Assembly (NCBI GenBank): GCA_963712745.1
Contig: CAVQJC010000005.1
Coordinates: 32,001-96,000, forward strand
DNA from: an uncultured Chloroflexia bacterium
Lineage (GTDB): Bacteria; Chloroflexota; Limnocylindria; Limnocylindrales; CSP1-4
Reading direction: 5' to 3'
Length of the DNA stretch: 64,000 nucleotides
The notes beneath the pieces are model-generated. The model was given only the letters and a program-made list of their open reading frames with translations, was not told the DNA's origin and made no database searches. Below, piece by piece: positions 41,884-52,110 of this stretch; the stretch's first letter is position 1; each line of letters starts with the position of its first letter. Made by a program: the position numbers and the translations under genes.

Positions 41884-42777
41884 TCAACCTCTGCCGATGA
41901 ACTCGAGGATGTCCGGGCAGAGGCGCTCGTCCGAGATGGCCTGCATATGGTCCTTGCCTTCGTAGACACACAGGGTGCAGTCAGGGATCAGGCTGGCGGT
42001 CTCGTCGAGATATCCCTCGGGGAACATGAAGTCGGCATCGCCGCCGATGAGCAGCACCGGGACACCGATCTCGGGCAGGACGGGTCGCGCGTCGAAGGCC
42101 ACCTCGGCCTCGCCCTCGATCAGCACGTCGCTGGCGAACTCGGGGTGCCCGCCGCGGAACCCAATCCGTCCCATCACCTGGCCGAACAGCCAGGCCAGGC
42201 CGGGAACACGAACCTGCGGGAAGTAGTCTTCGAACATCCCCCTGGCGGCTTCGACCGGTCGACCTTTGCTGAGGCGCTCGGCGAACCGGTAGTCGATGTG
42301 TTTGCCGCGCTCGCTCACCTCGTAGCCAGCCAAGGCGATGACGATGTGGTCGAAGCGATCGGGGTGGCGAGCCGCCAGATAGAAGCCGATGATTCCGCCG
42401 TATGACGTCCCGAGCGCCACGTCCACCTTGCCGCCCAATTCCGACTCGATGAACTCAGCGTAGTCGTCGGCCATGTCGGCGATGGAATGCCCCTGCGGCA
42501 TGCCCTGCTTGCGCATGACGTACCAGATCGTGTAGCCCTCGTCGATGAACCGGCGGAACGGGCGAAGCATCATCCGGAGACTGATACCAGCGGGGGCGAA
42601 GTTGCCCGGACCACCGGGCATGAGCAGGAGCGTCTTCGCTCCCTCGCCCCATCGCGCGTACGCCATGCGACTCTTGGACATGCCGGTGACCGGCCTCGGT
42701 GCTCCCATCCAGACCGCCCGGCGTCCGGCGAGGATGGCCACGCCAGCCACGAAGAACAGTGCGATGAGTCGTCTCAT
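41884..42777 (-). CDS. Alpha/beta hydrolase (module 1)
   Basis: PGGPG, nucleophile elbow GTSYGG, GGDAD, KDH. Confidence 0.88.
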   Translation of the reverse strand: MRRLIALFFVAGVAILAGRRAVWMGAPRPVTGMSKSRMAYARWGEGAKTLLLMPGGPGNFAPAGISLRMMLRPFRRFIDEGYTIWYVMRKQGMPQGHSIADMADDYAEFIESELGGKVDVALGTSYGGIIGFYLAARHPDRFDHIVIALAGYEVSERGKHIDYRFAERLSKGRPVEAARGMFEDYFPQVRVPGLAWLFGQVMGRIGFRGGHPEFASDVLIEGEAEVAFDARPVLPEIGVPVLLIGGDADFMFPEGYLDETASLIPDCTLCVYEGKDHMQAISDERLCPDILEFIGRG

Positions 42778-42779
42778 GA

Positions 42780-43628
42780 TCAAACCCCTCTTTCGACTCG
42801 GACGGCGGCTTCCTCGGCTCGCGGCCTGGCGATCGCTCGCACCCGTACCGCCTCGGGCGAGGGAGTGGGCTCCCGACGGAGTTCGGTCGGCAGTTCCTGG
42901 CCGCCGACCCAGGCCTCAATCGTGCGGATGTGCAGGTCGGGTGCCTGTCTTTGCCAGCAGTGGTCAAGGCCGGGCGCGTACCAGGCCTCGCCGTGGGGCA
43001 TGAGCGCGGCAAGGGCCGCGTTGGACGGCCGGTACCAGGCCTCTTGCTCACCTGCGACGAGCAGCGTCGGGTTCGACGTCTCGGCGAGCGGCGGGAGGCG
43101 TTCCATGCTTCCCACGAAGGCACGCCAGAACGCGAGGCGTGACGCATCGCGCAGGTCAGCCTCATCCATGACATTCCCGAATAGCGCTCGGAACCACCGA
43201 GCGTGCTTGAAGGGCAGTGCCGCGGTCAGCACGTACAGCAGAGGAAGCCTCGACGCTCGCGGCCAGTGGATGGGCGTGCCGTCCGCGATCACCCGATCGA
43301 CCAGTTCCGGATGGCGACTCAGCAAGGTAAGCGCGAGTGTCGCCCCCCAGGAGAGTCCCACCACGTGGACCAGCTGCCCTGGGACCCTCGATCCGATGAG
43401 CTCGGCCAGCAGCGCGACGATATGCCCGTTCGATGACGGTGCAAGGTGGTTGCTGCGTCCGAACCCCGGCAGGTCGGGGGCCAGGCAGTGGAAGTGGCTG
43501 AGCTTGGTCATGTGCCCTTGCCAGATGCGCCCGCTCTGACCCATCCCGTGGATGAAGAGGATGTCCGGTGAGCCCGGTGTCCCTGACTCCTCCACGTACA
43601 TGCCACCCAGGTACTTGGGGTGGCTCAT
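42780..43628 (-). CDS. Alpha/beta hydrolase (module 1)
   Basis: FIHG, PDLPGFGRS, GLSWG, GLDHCW. Confidence 0.88.
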   Translation of the reverse strand: MSHPKYLGGMYVEESGTPGSPDILFIHGMGQSGRIWQGHMTKLSHFHCLAPDLPGFGRSNHLAPSSNGHIVALLAELIGSRVPGQLVHVVGLSWGATLALTLLSRHPELVDRVIADGTPIHWPRASRLPLLYVLTAALPFKHARWFRALFGNVMDEADLRDASRLAFWRAFVGSMERLPPLAETSNPTLLVAGEQEAWYRPSNAALAALMPHGEAWYAPGLDHCWQRQAPDLHIRTIEAWVGGQELPTELRREPTPSPEAVRVRAIARPRAEEAAVRVERGV

Positions 43629-44137
43629 CTCGTCACCCCGACGGTGTCCTCTTCGGAGTCAGACCGCGGTTCCAGGACCACGACCGCCATCTCGCGCGAC
43701 AGCCTGGCGGCATCACTGTCGATGTCGCACATGAAGCCCACGCCGGACCGCTTGCCGAAGTCGCGCCACAGGGCCCACAGGCGCTTCCGTTCATCGCCCT
43801 CCGCCGCCCGTGCCCGAACGGGATGGATCCCATCTTTCAGCCGGACGACGGCATCGGGGCAAGCCTGGAGGTTGAGCCACCACGCAGGGTCCGCGTCGGA
43901 CCACCCGTTGAACGGGATGATGACGAGGTTCGCGCCATCCTCCAGGTAGCCGATGATCGCGCTCCGCTCCCTGCCCGAGTGGCGACCGACCGTCATGAGA
44001 CACATCTCTCCCCAACGATCGGATCTCGGGCGTGATAATGCGAGGCGCCCTCCCGAGAGCCGATGGACGGTGCGCTGGGCAGTCCCGAACCCACGGAAGA
44101 ACCAGGGAGGAGGCAGGCGCCGACGCTCGCTGCTCAT
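43625..44137 (-). CDS. Nitroreductase family deazaflavin (F420)-dependent oxidoreductase (module 1)
   Basis: TVGRHSGRER, NG..DPAWWLNLQA, VVVLEPR; ATGA coupling. Confidence 0.85.
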   Translation of the reverse strand: MSSERRRLPPPWFFRGFGTAQRTVHRLSGGRLALSRPRSDRWGEMCLMTVGRHSGRERSAIIGYLEDGANLVIIPFNGWSDADPAWWLNLQACPDAVVRLKDGIHPVRARAAEGDERKRLWALWRDFGKRSGVGFMCDIDSDAARLSREMAVVVLEPRSDSEEDTVGVTR

Positions 44138-44778
44138 GCCGACGCATCTGCCGGCTTCGTGCCTCGGGCGAGCAGCGCCTTCGAGAACACCGGCATCACC
44201 GAGACGGTGACATCGCCGAAGCCGGCCTCCTCCACCAGCCGCTGTGCGGCGTCGTCGGTCCACTGCCACTGGCCCCACTTGTCGACCACGCCCTCGGTCG
44301 CGCCGGCCGGCGCCTCCCCTGCCTCACCCAGGGTGACTGCCAGCCGACCGCCCGGACGCAGGACCCGGTGCATCTCCTTCAGCGCCGCCAGCGGATCGGG
44401 GAAGAACTTCATGGCGTTGACGGAGGTAGCGACGGTGAAGCGGCCGTCGTCCCAGGGCAGATGGTCGGCATCGCCCTCGACGATCTCCGCGGTGCCCGCG
44501 GTGATGCGCTCGGCCAGGCGGCGCCGGGCCGCCTCGAGCTGCAGCGCCGAGGCGTCGAGACCAGCGACGTAGCGCACACCTCCCGCGTGGTCGACGAACA
44601 GCGTCGCCGAGCCACATCCGACGTCGAGCAGCTCATCGTCGGGCTGCAGGTCCAACTCCGCGGCGATCGCCTCGTGGAATGGACGGCTGCTTCTCGGCAT
44701 CAGCCTGACGCCGAGTCGTCCGGGCAGGCCGTGCGGTACTCCGAAGAATGACATCCACCAACTTCGGCGCAGACCCAT
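44134..44778 (-). CDS. Class I SAM-dependent methyltransferase (module 1)
   Basis: LLDVGCGS, GDADHLPW, EMHRVLRPGG. Confidence 0.92.
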   Translation of the reverse strand: MGLRRSWWMSFFGVPHGLPGRLGVRLMPRSSRPFHEAIAAELDLQPDDELLDVGCGSATLFVDHAGGVRYVAGLDASALQLEAARRRLAERITAGTAEIVEGDADHLPWDDGRFTVATSVNAMKFFPDPLAALKEMHRVLRPGGRLAVTLGEAGEAPAGATEGVVDKWGQWQWTDDAAQRLVEEAGFGDVTVSVMPVFSKALLARGTKPADASA

Positions 44779-44799
44779 CGCACGTCCCCCCATGCACAC

Positions 44800-44902
44800 G
44801 GGCCGGGTTCGCCAGTGGCTCGGCGCGGTCCTCAGCGGCCATGATCGACGGGCCGCGCGTCCTCGCCTCCCGCTAGGTCCGATTATCCCGTGGCAGCCAA
44901 GC
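44800..44902 (-). repeat. Leader motif B, copy 1
   Basis: GGGTTCGCCAGTGGCTC...CAGCGGCCATG...GCCTCCCGCTA...ATTATCCCGTGGCAGCCAAG; shared with 50654, 56783, 59634, 63010. Confidence 0.8.
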
Positions 44903-44962
44903 CCGATGTCTGGAAGGGGCGGCTAATCGGGCAGCTATGCCGCCATCATCTGGCGTCGACCG

Positions 44963-45171
44963 GATCACGCTCGCGAACCGCACAATAATCGACGCCTTCG
45001 CCGCTCGGGGCGCCACGCTCACAACCCCCGCAGCCTTCGCCGCTCGAGCCTGAAAGGCTCCCAAAGCATGTGCGCTACCGCTGCGCTACACCCCGACGTG
45101 GTTCGTGCGTGATTAAGGGTACACAGCGCGCCTCGATAGCGACGCCGATGGGCCTACAGCACTCGAACCGC
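44963..45171 (-). repeat. Array repeat R1 (tRNA-Pro 5' half at 45057-45095)
   Basis: CACGCTCGCGAACCGCAC...GCTCCCAAAGCATGTGCGCTACCGCTGCGCTACACCCCG...AGGGTACAC...CTCGAACCGC. Confidence 0.95.
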
Positions 45172-45312
45172 GCGATATGCCGAACGGGTCAGTCTCGCGC
45201 CATGGGCCTCGATCCGGAGCATGCCAAGGTCGTATCCATGGGCCCCAGGTCGGCGCTGTGCGACTCGAGGCGACGCTGCCGCCAGCCGGACGCTCGTCGT
45301 TCCTCCGCCAGG

Positions 45313-46500
45313 CTACTCGCGACCCGACTGCCGTGCGAGGTCGCGCTTGAACTCATCGATCTCGGGGACCGAGATGACCGACTCGCTGAGCCAATCGGGC
45401 AATCCACCCACCGCAGCGAGGTCGACGTTCGAGCCACCCATGCGCTGGACGTACGCTGGATCGGTCACGATGAACTCCCAGGGATGGACCTCCGCCATAC
45501 GGGTCACGATCTGCTCCGCCGTGATGTTCACGACGGTGTAGTCCTGGGCTAGCGTGAACGGGCCGCGGTAGCCGGTGCGGAGACCATCGAGAATCGGCTG
45601 CGGCGTCCCCGGAGCGATCATCGCGTGATAGCCCATGGCCATGCCCGGCTTGGTCGCCTCGAAGACCTTCGCGGCGGCCTGCGGTGCGGTGTGCATCGTC
45701 CAGGCGACGGTCCTCGCGATGAGCTCGGGCCAGCCCATCTTCTCCATGTACATCTCCGGCGGATTGAAGATCTCATGGATGAGGAGATCGACGCCCTTGG
45801 CATTCTCGACGGTGAAGGTCGATGGTTCGCAATCGCCGGCGTACACCAGCGACAGCCCCGCGTAGTCCAGGCGGTAGCCGACCGCACCGAAGATGGAATG
45901 TGGCACCGGGAACGCGCGGATGGCGACGCCGTCCTCTTCGTAGATGAGGGTCGCCTCATCCGCCGCGAAACGATGCGGCGTGATCTCGTACACGCGCGGA
46001 TCCAGCCCGGCCTTGGCGCGATCATGCCAGGTCGCCAGACGCTTGATGGCGTCCACGACAGCCTCGGTGGACTCACCCTCGCCGCTGCCGTCGGGTCCGT
46101 GGATGTGCATCGGCTCGAGCCGCCCGTTCGTCTGGCCGAAGTCGTAGTAGACGGGCAGGTCGGCGATGTGATCGAGGTGGAAGTGGGTGATGAAGAACCG
46201 TGTCGCCTTCCAATACGGCAGTCGCAGCGTGTTGAAGGCCATGTTCGTGCCCGGGCCGGCATCGAAGATGAAGCTCTGTCCGTTGCCGCACTCCACGAGC
46301 CAGCCGGCGCAGCCCTGGCCCCGCCGTGCCGGATAGCCGGTGCCCAGGGCGGTGACGCGGACCTCCGCCCTCGCCAACTCCTCGGACTCGGGCGTATAGC
46401 GGTCCGGATAGGTACGTCGCTCAGCAGACTCGTCCTTCACCACGACCGGATGCGTCGTCAGCGGCACGCTGTGGTACGGCTCGGGTAGTCGCTCAGCCAT
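45313..46500 (-). CDS. MBL-fold metallohydrolase (RNase Z / AtsA-like) (module 2)
   Basis: ALGTG, FDAGPG, THFHLDH, VPH, YAGD, LIHE. Confidence 0.9.
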   Translation of the reverse strand: MAERLPEPYHSVPLTTHPVVVKDESAERRTYPDRYTPESEELARAEVRVTALGTGYPARRGQGCAGWLVECGNGQSFIFDAGPGTNMAFNTLRLPYWKATRFFITHFHLDHIADLPVYYDFGQTNGRLEPMHIHGPDGSGEGESTEAVVDAIKRLATWHDRAKAGLDPRVYEITPHRFAADEATLIYEEDGVAIRAFPVPHSIFGAVGYRLDYAGLSLVYAGDCEPSTFTVENAKGVDLLIHEIFNPPEMYMEKMGWPELIARTVAWTMHTAPQAAAKVFEATKPGMAMGYHAMIAPGTPQPILDGLRTGYRGPFTLAQDYTVVNITAEQIVTRMAEVHPWEFIVTDPAYVQRMGGSNVDLAAVGGLPDWLSESVISVPEIDEFKRDLARQSGRE

Positions 46501-46664
46501 CTTCGTGCCTCCCTTGGGCTGTGGTTGAACCTGCTCGACATCGACGGTACCGGGTTTGGCCAGGGTCGACGCGGCAGAGGTTCCCCGGCAGCGTGCAACC
46601 GATGCAGGCAATCGCTACGGTAAGGCCCACCGGCCTCACGTCGCAGCCATACAGAGGTACATGT

Positions 46665-49001
46665 ATGCCAGAGCACGATCCAGTCGTGGATGGATCTACG
46701 CTTCCGTTTCCCAAGCCCAAGTCTGGCAGCGTGGCCGGCCGCACGATGCAAGAGTCCATCTACGACCCGGCGCCCCCACCACAGCGGCTGCCGGCTGATG
46801 CGCCGAACATCCTGATCATCCTGATCGACGATGCCGGGCCAGCGCTGCCGGAAGCGCTGGGCGGTGTCGTGCACACCCCGACGCTGGAGCGAGTCCTCTC
46901 GGAGGGGATCGGGTTCAACCGCTTCCACACGACAGCCATGTGCTCGCCCACCAGGGCCTCGTTGTTGACGGGCCGCAACCACCACCGGGTCGGCAGCGGC
47001 GTGATGACCGAGTTCGCCAACGACTGGGATGGCTACTCGGGCGTCATCCCCCGCAGTAGCGCCCTCCAGGCCGAGGTGCTGCGACAGTACGGCTACGCCA
47101 CCGCCGCGTTCGGCAAGTGGCACAACACCCCTGGGATCGAGACGTCGGCGGCCGGGCCGTTCGACAATTGGCCGGCTCGCATCGGGTTCGAGTACTTCTA
47201 TGGGTTCCTCTCGGGTGAAGCCTCACAGTACGAACCGAACCTCGTCCGCAATACGACCCCGGTCCTGCCGCCGAAGACGCCGGAGGAGGGATATCACCTG
47301 AGCGAGGACCTCGCCGAAGACGCGGTCCGCTGGCTCCAGACGCACAAGGCGGTGCAGCCCGACAAGCCCTTCTACCTGTACTGGGCGAGTGGAGCCGTCC
47401 ATGGCCCCCACCACGTTCACAAGCAGTGGGCTGACAAGTACCGTGGCATGTTCGACGACGGCTGGGACGCCTATCGTGAGCAAGCGTTCGAAGGCGCCAA
47501 GGCGAAGGGCTGGATCCCGGAGACCGCCGAGTTGACGCCCCGGCATCCGACGATGCCGGCGTGGGACGATCTCCCAGAGGACCAGAAGCCGTTCCAGCGC
47601 CGCCTGATGGAAGTGTTCGCCGGCTTCGGCGAGCACGCCGACGTACAGGCGGGCAAGGTCATCGATGAGATCGAACGCCTCGGCTACGGGGATAACACCC
47701 TGGTCGTCTACATCTGGGGTGACAACGGATCATCGGGCGAGGGCCAGCAAGGAACCATCAGCGAGTTGATGGCGGTGAACGGTATCCCCTCCACGGTCGA
47801 GCAGCACATCGAGGCCCTCGACACGCTCGGCGGGCTCGATGTGCTTGGCTCACCGCTCGTCGACAACATGTACCACGCTGGGTGGGCGTGGGCGGGCAGC
47901 GCCCCCTACCAGGGCATGAAGCTGCTCGGATCGCACTTCGGTGGAACCCGGAACCCGATGGCCATCCGATGGCCCGCGAGGATCACACCCGACGCGAGAC
48001 CGCGATCGCAGTTCCACCACTGCAACGACCTCGTGCCCACTATCTACGAGCTGCTTGGCATCACGCCGCCGCAGACCGTGAATGGAGCCCCCCAGGACCA
48101 GATCGATGGGGTGAGCCTGGCCTACACCTTCGATGACCCTGACGCCGAAGGGCGCCTTCGCACGCAGTACTTCGACATCATGGGTAGCCGGGCGATCTAT
48201 CACGACGGCTGGATGGCCTCCGCCATCGGGCCACGGCTGCCCTGGGTCCCAGGTCTCGACCCGAAGATGTTCGAGTGGACACCCGACAAGGACGTCTGGG
48301 AGCTCTACAACCTCGAGGAGGACTGGTCGCAGGCCCATGACCTCGCCGGGGCGATGCCCGAGAAGCTGGCGCAGATGAAGGAGGTCTTCCTCATCGAAGC
48401 GGCCAGGAACAAGGCCCTGCCGATCGGCGGCGGGCTATGGATCCCCTTCCATCCTGAGTTCCGTGCCGCATCGCCGCAGACCGAATGGACCTTCGCAGGC
48501 GACCTCGTTCGCATCCCGGAGCCCGTCGCGCCGGGGCTGGGCAACAGGCCCAACGTCGTCACCATCCTCGCGGACGTGCCCAGCGACGCCACCGGTGTGC
48601 TCTACAAGCTTGGTGCTGGCTCTTCTGGCGTCACGCTGTTCGTCGAGGACGGCCACCTGGTCTACGAGTACAACCTGTTCATCATCCAGCGAACCCAGAT
48701 CCGTTCCGCCACCAAGCTTCCGGTCGGCAAGGTGGAGATCCGAGTGACGACCCTGCCGGTCGAACCGCGCCCCTCGGGTCCCCTGCAGGTGATGCTCGAG
48801 GTCAACGGCGACGCCGTGGGCGAAGGCACCGTCCCGGTCAGCATCCGTACGAGCTTCACGGCCAACGACTGCCTGGACATCGGGCAGGCGCTCGGCTCTC
48901 CAGTCTCGCTCGACTACCGTGACCGGGCACCGTTCAAGTTCAACGGCACGATCGAGCAGGTCCAGGTGAGGTACCTACCACCGGCGCAGCCGTCAGCGTA
49001 G
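46665..49001 (+). CDS. Arylsulfatase (formylglycine-dependent) (module 2)
   Basis: IDDAG, CSPTRASLLTGR, FGKWH, GDNG; RBS AGAGG. Confidence 0.95.
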   Translation: MPEHDPVVDGSTLPFPKPKSGSVAGRTMQESIYDPAPPPQRLPADAPNILIILIDDAGPALPEALGGVVHTPTLERVLSEGIGFNRFHTTAMCSPTRASLLTGRNHHRVGSGVMTEFANDWDGYSGVIPRSSALQAEVLRQYGYATAAFGKWHNTPGIETSAAGPFDNWPARIGFEYFYGFLSGEASQYEPNLVRNTTPVLPPKTPEEGYHLSEDLAEDAVRWLQTHKAVQPDKPFYLYWASGAVHGPHHVHKQWADKYRGMFDDGWDAYREQAFEGAKAKGWIPETAELTPRHPTMPAWDDLPEDQKPFQRRLMEVFAGFGEHADVQAGKVIDEIERLGYGDNTLVVYIWGDNGSSGEGQQGTISELMAVNGIPSTVEQHIEALDTLGGLDVLGSPLVDNMYHAGWAWAGSAPYQGMKLLGSHFGGTRNPMAIRWPARITPDARPRSQFHHCNDLVPTIYELLGITPPQTVNGAPQDQIDGVSLAYTFDDPDAEGRLRTQYFDIMGSRAIYHDGWMASAIGPRLPWVPGLDPKMFEWTPDKDVWELYNLEEDWSQAHDLAGAMPEKLAQMKEVFLIEAARNKALPIGGGLWIPFHPEFRAASPQTEWTFAGDLVRIPEPVAPGLGNRPNVVTILADVPSDATGVLYKLGAGSSGVTLFVEDGHLVYEYNLFIIQRTQIRSATKLPVGKVEIRVTTLPVEPRPSGPLQVMLEVNGDAVGEGTVPVSIRTSFTANDCLDIGQALGSPVSLDYRDRAPFKFNGTIEQVQVRYLPPAQPSA

Positions 49002-49066
49002 CCGAGGTCGTAGCCCGACCGCGTCGAATCGGGCTACAGGAGCAGGCGTGAGTTGCTCAAGGCCGG

Positions 49067-49277
49067 CACGCTCGCGAACCGCACAATAATCGAGGCCTTC
49101 ACCGCTCAGCTCGCCACGCTCGAAGCCCCGGAGCCTTCACCGCAAACCCCTCCTAGGCTCCCAAAGCATGTGCGCTACCGCTGCGCTACACCCCGATGGC
49201 GTCTGTGCACGGATAGGGTACACAGCAGGGCTCGATAGCGACACCAGAGAGCCTACAGCGCTCGAACCGCACAATAA
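49067..49277 (-). repeat. Array repeat R2 (tRNA-Pro 5' half at 49157-49195)
   Basis: Same architecture as R1; GAACCGCACAATAA at both ends. Confidence 0.95.
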
Positions 49278-49429
49278 CGGCTGCAGAGCGCAAGTGCTCA
49301 TCCCGCGACTGGGGTGTGACGGGCGTGGTCGCCAGATGCCCTTCCATACCGTCGTGACCAAGCACCATCACAGGCGGACGGGGAACCCGGGTCCTCGGCT
49401 TGGGCCGAGGACCCGATCCGGCAAGTCAG

Positions 49430-50629
49430 CTACTCGGGAGGTTCAGGCGGAGCACCTTCGAAGATGACACCTTCGAGATCGGTCATGCCGTTGGGTGCGT
49501 GCGTCCAATCGACCATGTACGTCAAGCCCTCGTAGGCGCCCGTGCCTTCGAGGACGGCGAAGCTGTGTCCTGAGCCGTCCATCGCACGCGTGCCGTTGCG
49601 CGGCCCGACCCATGAGCCGTCTGGGCCCTCGAGTTCATAGGTGCCCCAGGTCGGTGACCCGATCCCGTACTGGCAGTCGCAGCTCCAGACCGTGGTCGCC
49701 CGGCCCGTCACCCGCGGGTCACTGGCGGTGTCGCGGCACGACATGGTCAGCCCGTCGATGGCCCAGATGCCGTCATGGAAGGTGACCCGGGGCGGAGCGC
49801 TCCAGTCCGGCGTGCAGGGACTGATCGACCCGGTCACCCAGGCACCAGCGTCGGGCGCCGGTGACATCGCGCCGTCGTCCCACCCTTGGATCGCCTCCCA
49901 GGCGACGCGCTGGAGGTACGCGGCCTCCTCCTCGCTCACACCCTCGGGCCGGTAGGTCAGGCCCTCGGGACTGTGCCCGTAGACCGTGGCGTAGATGACC
50001 GCCGCCGCGAGGTACAGGCCGTGGACGCTTGGGTGGCTCATGTCGGGACCGAGCATGTCGAGCTCTGGTCGCTCGATGAGCGAATCGATCATCGCCATCG
50101 CGACGGGGGCGATGTCGGCGTCCAGCTCGTCCTCGATCTGACGGTGCGCAGCCTCGATGCCCGCATGGCCCATCCAGTCCGCGAGGATGAAAGGCCAGGT
50201 CATGTAGTAGACCGGCCGTGCACCGCCGTCACGTACCGCTTGATCGAGAGTGCGGGCGCTCTCGAGGAACGTCTCGACCGCCGTCTCAGGGTCGTAGTTC
50301 TCCGGGATGTCGCCCTGGAGCACGACAACGTCAGGTCCCCTCTCTCGAACCCGCTCGGCCGAGACTCTACTCACGAAGGACTTCAGTGGCGCACCACCCG
50401 CCGTGATCGAGTCCACTTCGATCGTCCGAGGTGGGTCCTCCGACGCGGCCAGCCCTGCGACGTGGGACCACACCCCATCGTCCCAGAACGAGAAGCTGTT
50501 CCCGACGAAGAGCAGGCTGTCGGGGCTGGCTGGCAGTTCCTCGCTCTCCGTGGCGGCCGCCGTACCTCCCAGTCCGCTGAGCAGCGCCAGGATGATCGCC
50601 CCGACCAGAGTCAGCCGCTGCGTGCCCAT
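49430..50629 (-). CDS. Secreted SGNH/GDSL-like hydrolase with extra C-terminal domain (module 3)
   Basis: Signal peptide, LFVGNSF, VVVLQ, DMSHPS. Confidence 0.75.
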   Translation of the reverse strand: MGTQRLTLVGAIILALLSGLGGTAAATESEELPASPDSLLFVGNSFSFWDDGVWSHVAGLAASEDPPRTIEVDSITAGGAPLKSFVSRVSAERVRERGPDVVVLQGDIPENYDPETAVETFLESARTLDQAVRDGGARPVYYMTWPFILADWMGHAGIEAAHRQIEDELDADIAPVAMAMIDSLIERPELDMLGPDMSHPSVHGLYLAAAVIYATVYGHSPEGLTYRPEGVSEEEAAYLQRVAWEAIQGWDDGAMSPAPDAGAWVTGSISPCTPDWSAPPRVTFHDGIWAIDGLTMSCRDTASDPRVTGRATTVWSCDCQYGIGSPTWGTYELEGPDGSWVGPRNGTRAMDGSGHSFAVLEGTGAYEGLTYMVDWTHAPNGMTDLEGVIFEGAPPEPPE

Positions 50630-50653
50630 AGCATTCCCCCATCTGGTTCGCGG

Positions 50654-50752
50654 GGCGGGTTCGCCAGTGGCTCGACACGGTCCAGGCGGCCAGTTCTGGG
50701 GCTGTGCCTCATCGCCTCCCGTTACCACTGATTATCGCGCGGCCGCCAAGCC
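50654..50752 (-). repeat. Leader motif B, copy 2
   Basis: GGGTTCGCCAGTGGCTC...GCCTCCCGTTA...ATTATCGCGCGGCCGCCAAG. Confidence 0.8.
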
Positions 50753-50825
50753 GAGTCGTGGTGGCTCGGATCCACCGCCTTGGTCGGACATCGGGCAGAA
50801 CTCCGGCGCCGAAGACAAGCCCGCA

Positions 50826-51025
50826 GATCACGCTCGCGAACCGCACAATAATCGAGGCCTTCGCCGCTCTGGCTATCGTGCGTGGAACCCCGGAGCCTTC
50901 ACCGCAAACCCCTCGTAGGCCCCCAAAACATGTGCGCTACCTCTGCGCTACACCCCGACGAGTTCGTGCGTGACTAGGGTACACGGCACTCGTCTGAAGC
51001 GACAGCAGAGGGCCTGCAGCGCTCG
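50826..51025 (-). repeat. Array repeat R3 (tRNA-Pro 5' half at 50919-50957)
   Basis: Same architecture; two substitutions around the anticodon loop; D-loop identical to the intact tRNA. Confidence 0.93.
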
Positions 51026-52008
51026 CTGTCTAGTCCCTGTCGCATCGAGATCACGGTCGTTCCCTGGGCATGCCCGTCCGCGACGTGCCCGACGGCGCTC
51101 GCCCCTTCGTCCAGCGTGGATGCCAAGTCGATGACCGGACTGAGCCTGCCGGCCTCCACCAGTTCCGCAAGGGCGATCAAGTCGCTTGCGCGGTAGGCAT
51201 GGACGACGGGTCGAGCCTGCTGACGTACGACCCACGAGGACACGAGCACTCGGATGATCCGCCCCAAGGGCCTGGTCCAGCCGCCGGCAGGCGCTCCGTT
51301 GGACAGGAGGAGCCCGTTGGTGTCGAGGGCGCGCCTGATATCAGACAACGAACGGGTCCCCACGTTGTCGAGGATGAGGTCGTACCGTTGCTCGCCCTGG
51401 GTGAAGTCATCCTGGGTGTAGTCGATCACGTGGTCGGCGCCGATCGATCTCACGAGTTCGAGGTTCCGTGTGCTGCAGACAGCCGTCACTTCAGCCTCGA
51501 ACGCCTTGGCGAGCTGTACCGCGAACGTGCCCACACCGCCGGAGGCACCGTTGATGAGGACTCGCTGACCCGGTTGGACATTCCCAGCGTCGCGCAGAGC
51601 CTGAAGAGCGACCATCGCTGAGACCCCGAGGGCGGCGGCGTATTCGAACGAGGTTGCAGCAGGCTTCGGGGCCAACTTGTCCGCCGATGTCACGACGTAC
51701 TCAGCGAAGGCGCTCTTGCACCAACCGAACACCTGATCGCCCGGCGCGAGCTTCGTCACGTTTGGGCCGACGGCCTCGACCGTGCCCGCGATGTCCGTTC
51801 CCGGGATCCGTGCCTTGGGCCCGCGCAGCCCGTAGATAGGACGGAACAGGTATGGCACCCCCCGGATGCCGTGGACATCGCCAATGTGGATCGATGCGGC
51901 GCGGACGCGGATGAGCACCTCGTCGTCGTCGGGCGTCGGTTGAGGGACCTCGCCGACGCCTAGGACATCCCGCGGTTCTCCGTAGTCCTCCTGGATGAGT
52001 GCCCTCAC
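50974..52008 (-). CDS. NAD(P)-dependent MDR oxidoreductase (quinone reductase-like) (module 4)
   Basis: PGTDIAGTV, NGASGGVG, GADHVIDY; C-terminus reads into the right arm of R3. Confidence 0.92.
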   Translation of the reverse strand: MRALIQEDYGEPRDVLGVGEVPQPTPDDDEVLIRVRAASIHIGDVHGIRGVPYLFRPIYGLRGPKARIPGTDIAGTVEAVGPNVTKLAPGDQVFGWCKSAFAEYVVTSADKLAPKPAATSFEYAAALGVSAMVALQALRDAGNVQPGQRVLINGASGGVGTFAVQLAKAFEAEVTAVCSTRNLELVRSIGADHVIDYTQDDFTQGEQRYDLILDNVGTRSLSDIRRALDTNGLLLSNGAPAGGWTRPLGRIIRVLVSSWVVRQQARPVVHAYRASDLIALAELVEAGRLSPVIDLASTLDEGASAVGHVADGHAQGTTVISMRQGLDSERCRPSAVASDECRVP

Positions 52009-52110
52009 TGATGCCTCCGCAGGGGTACCTTGATGCTCCAAGGCACGGTGTCGCCGCTGTGTGCCTGATCCAAGGGCCATAGGACACCTAGCCCGGAGGA
52101 GACTCAGACG

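Noticed and set aside
44800-44902. Cobalamin riboswitch (GCCACTG in leader motif B)
   Set aside because: Other conserved B12-element features (GGGAA, B12 box) are not recognisable; an Rfam search would be needed
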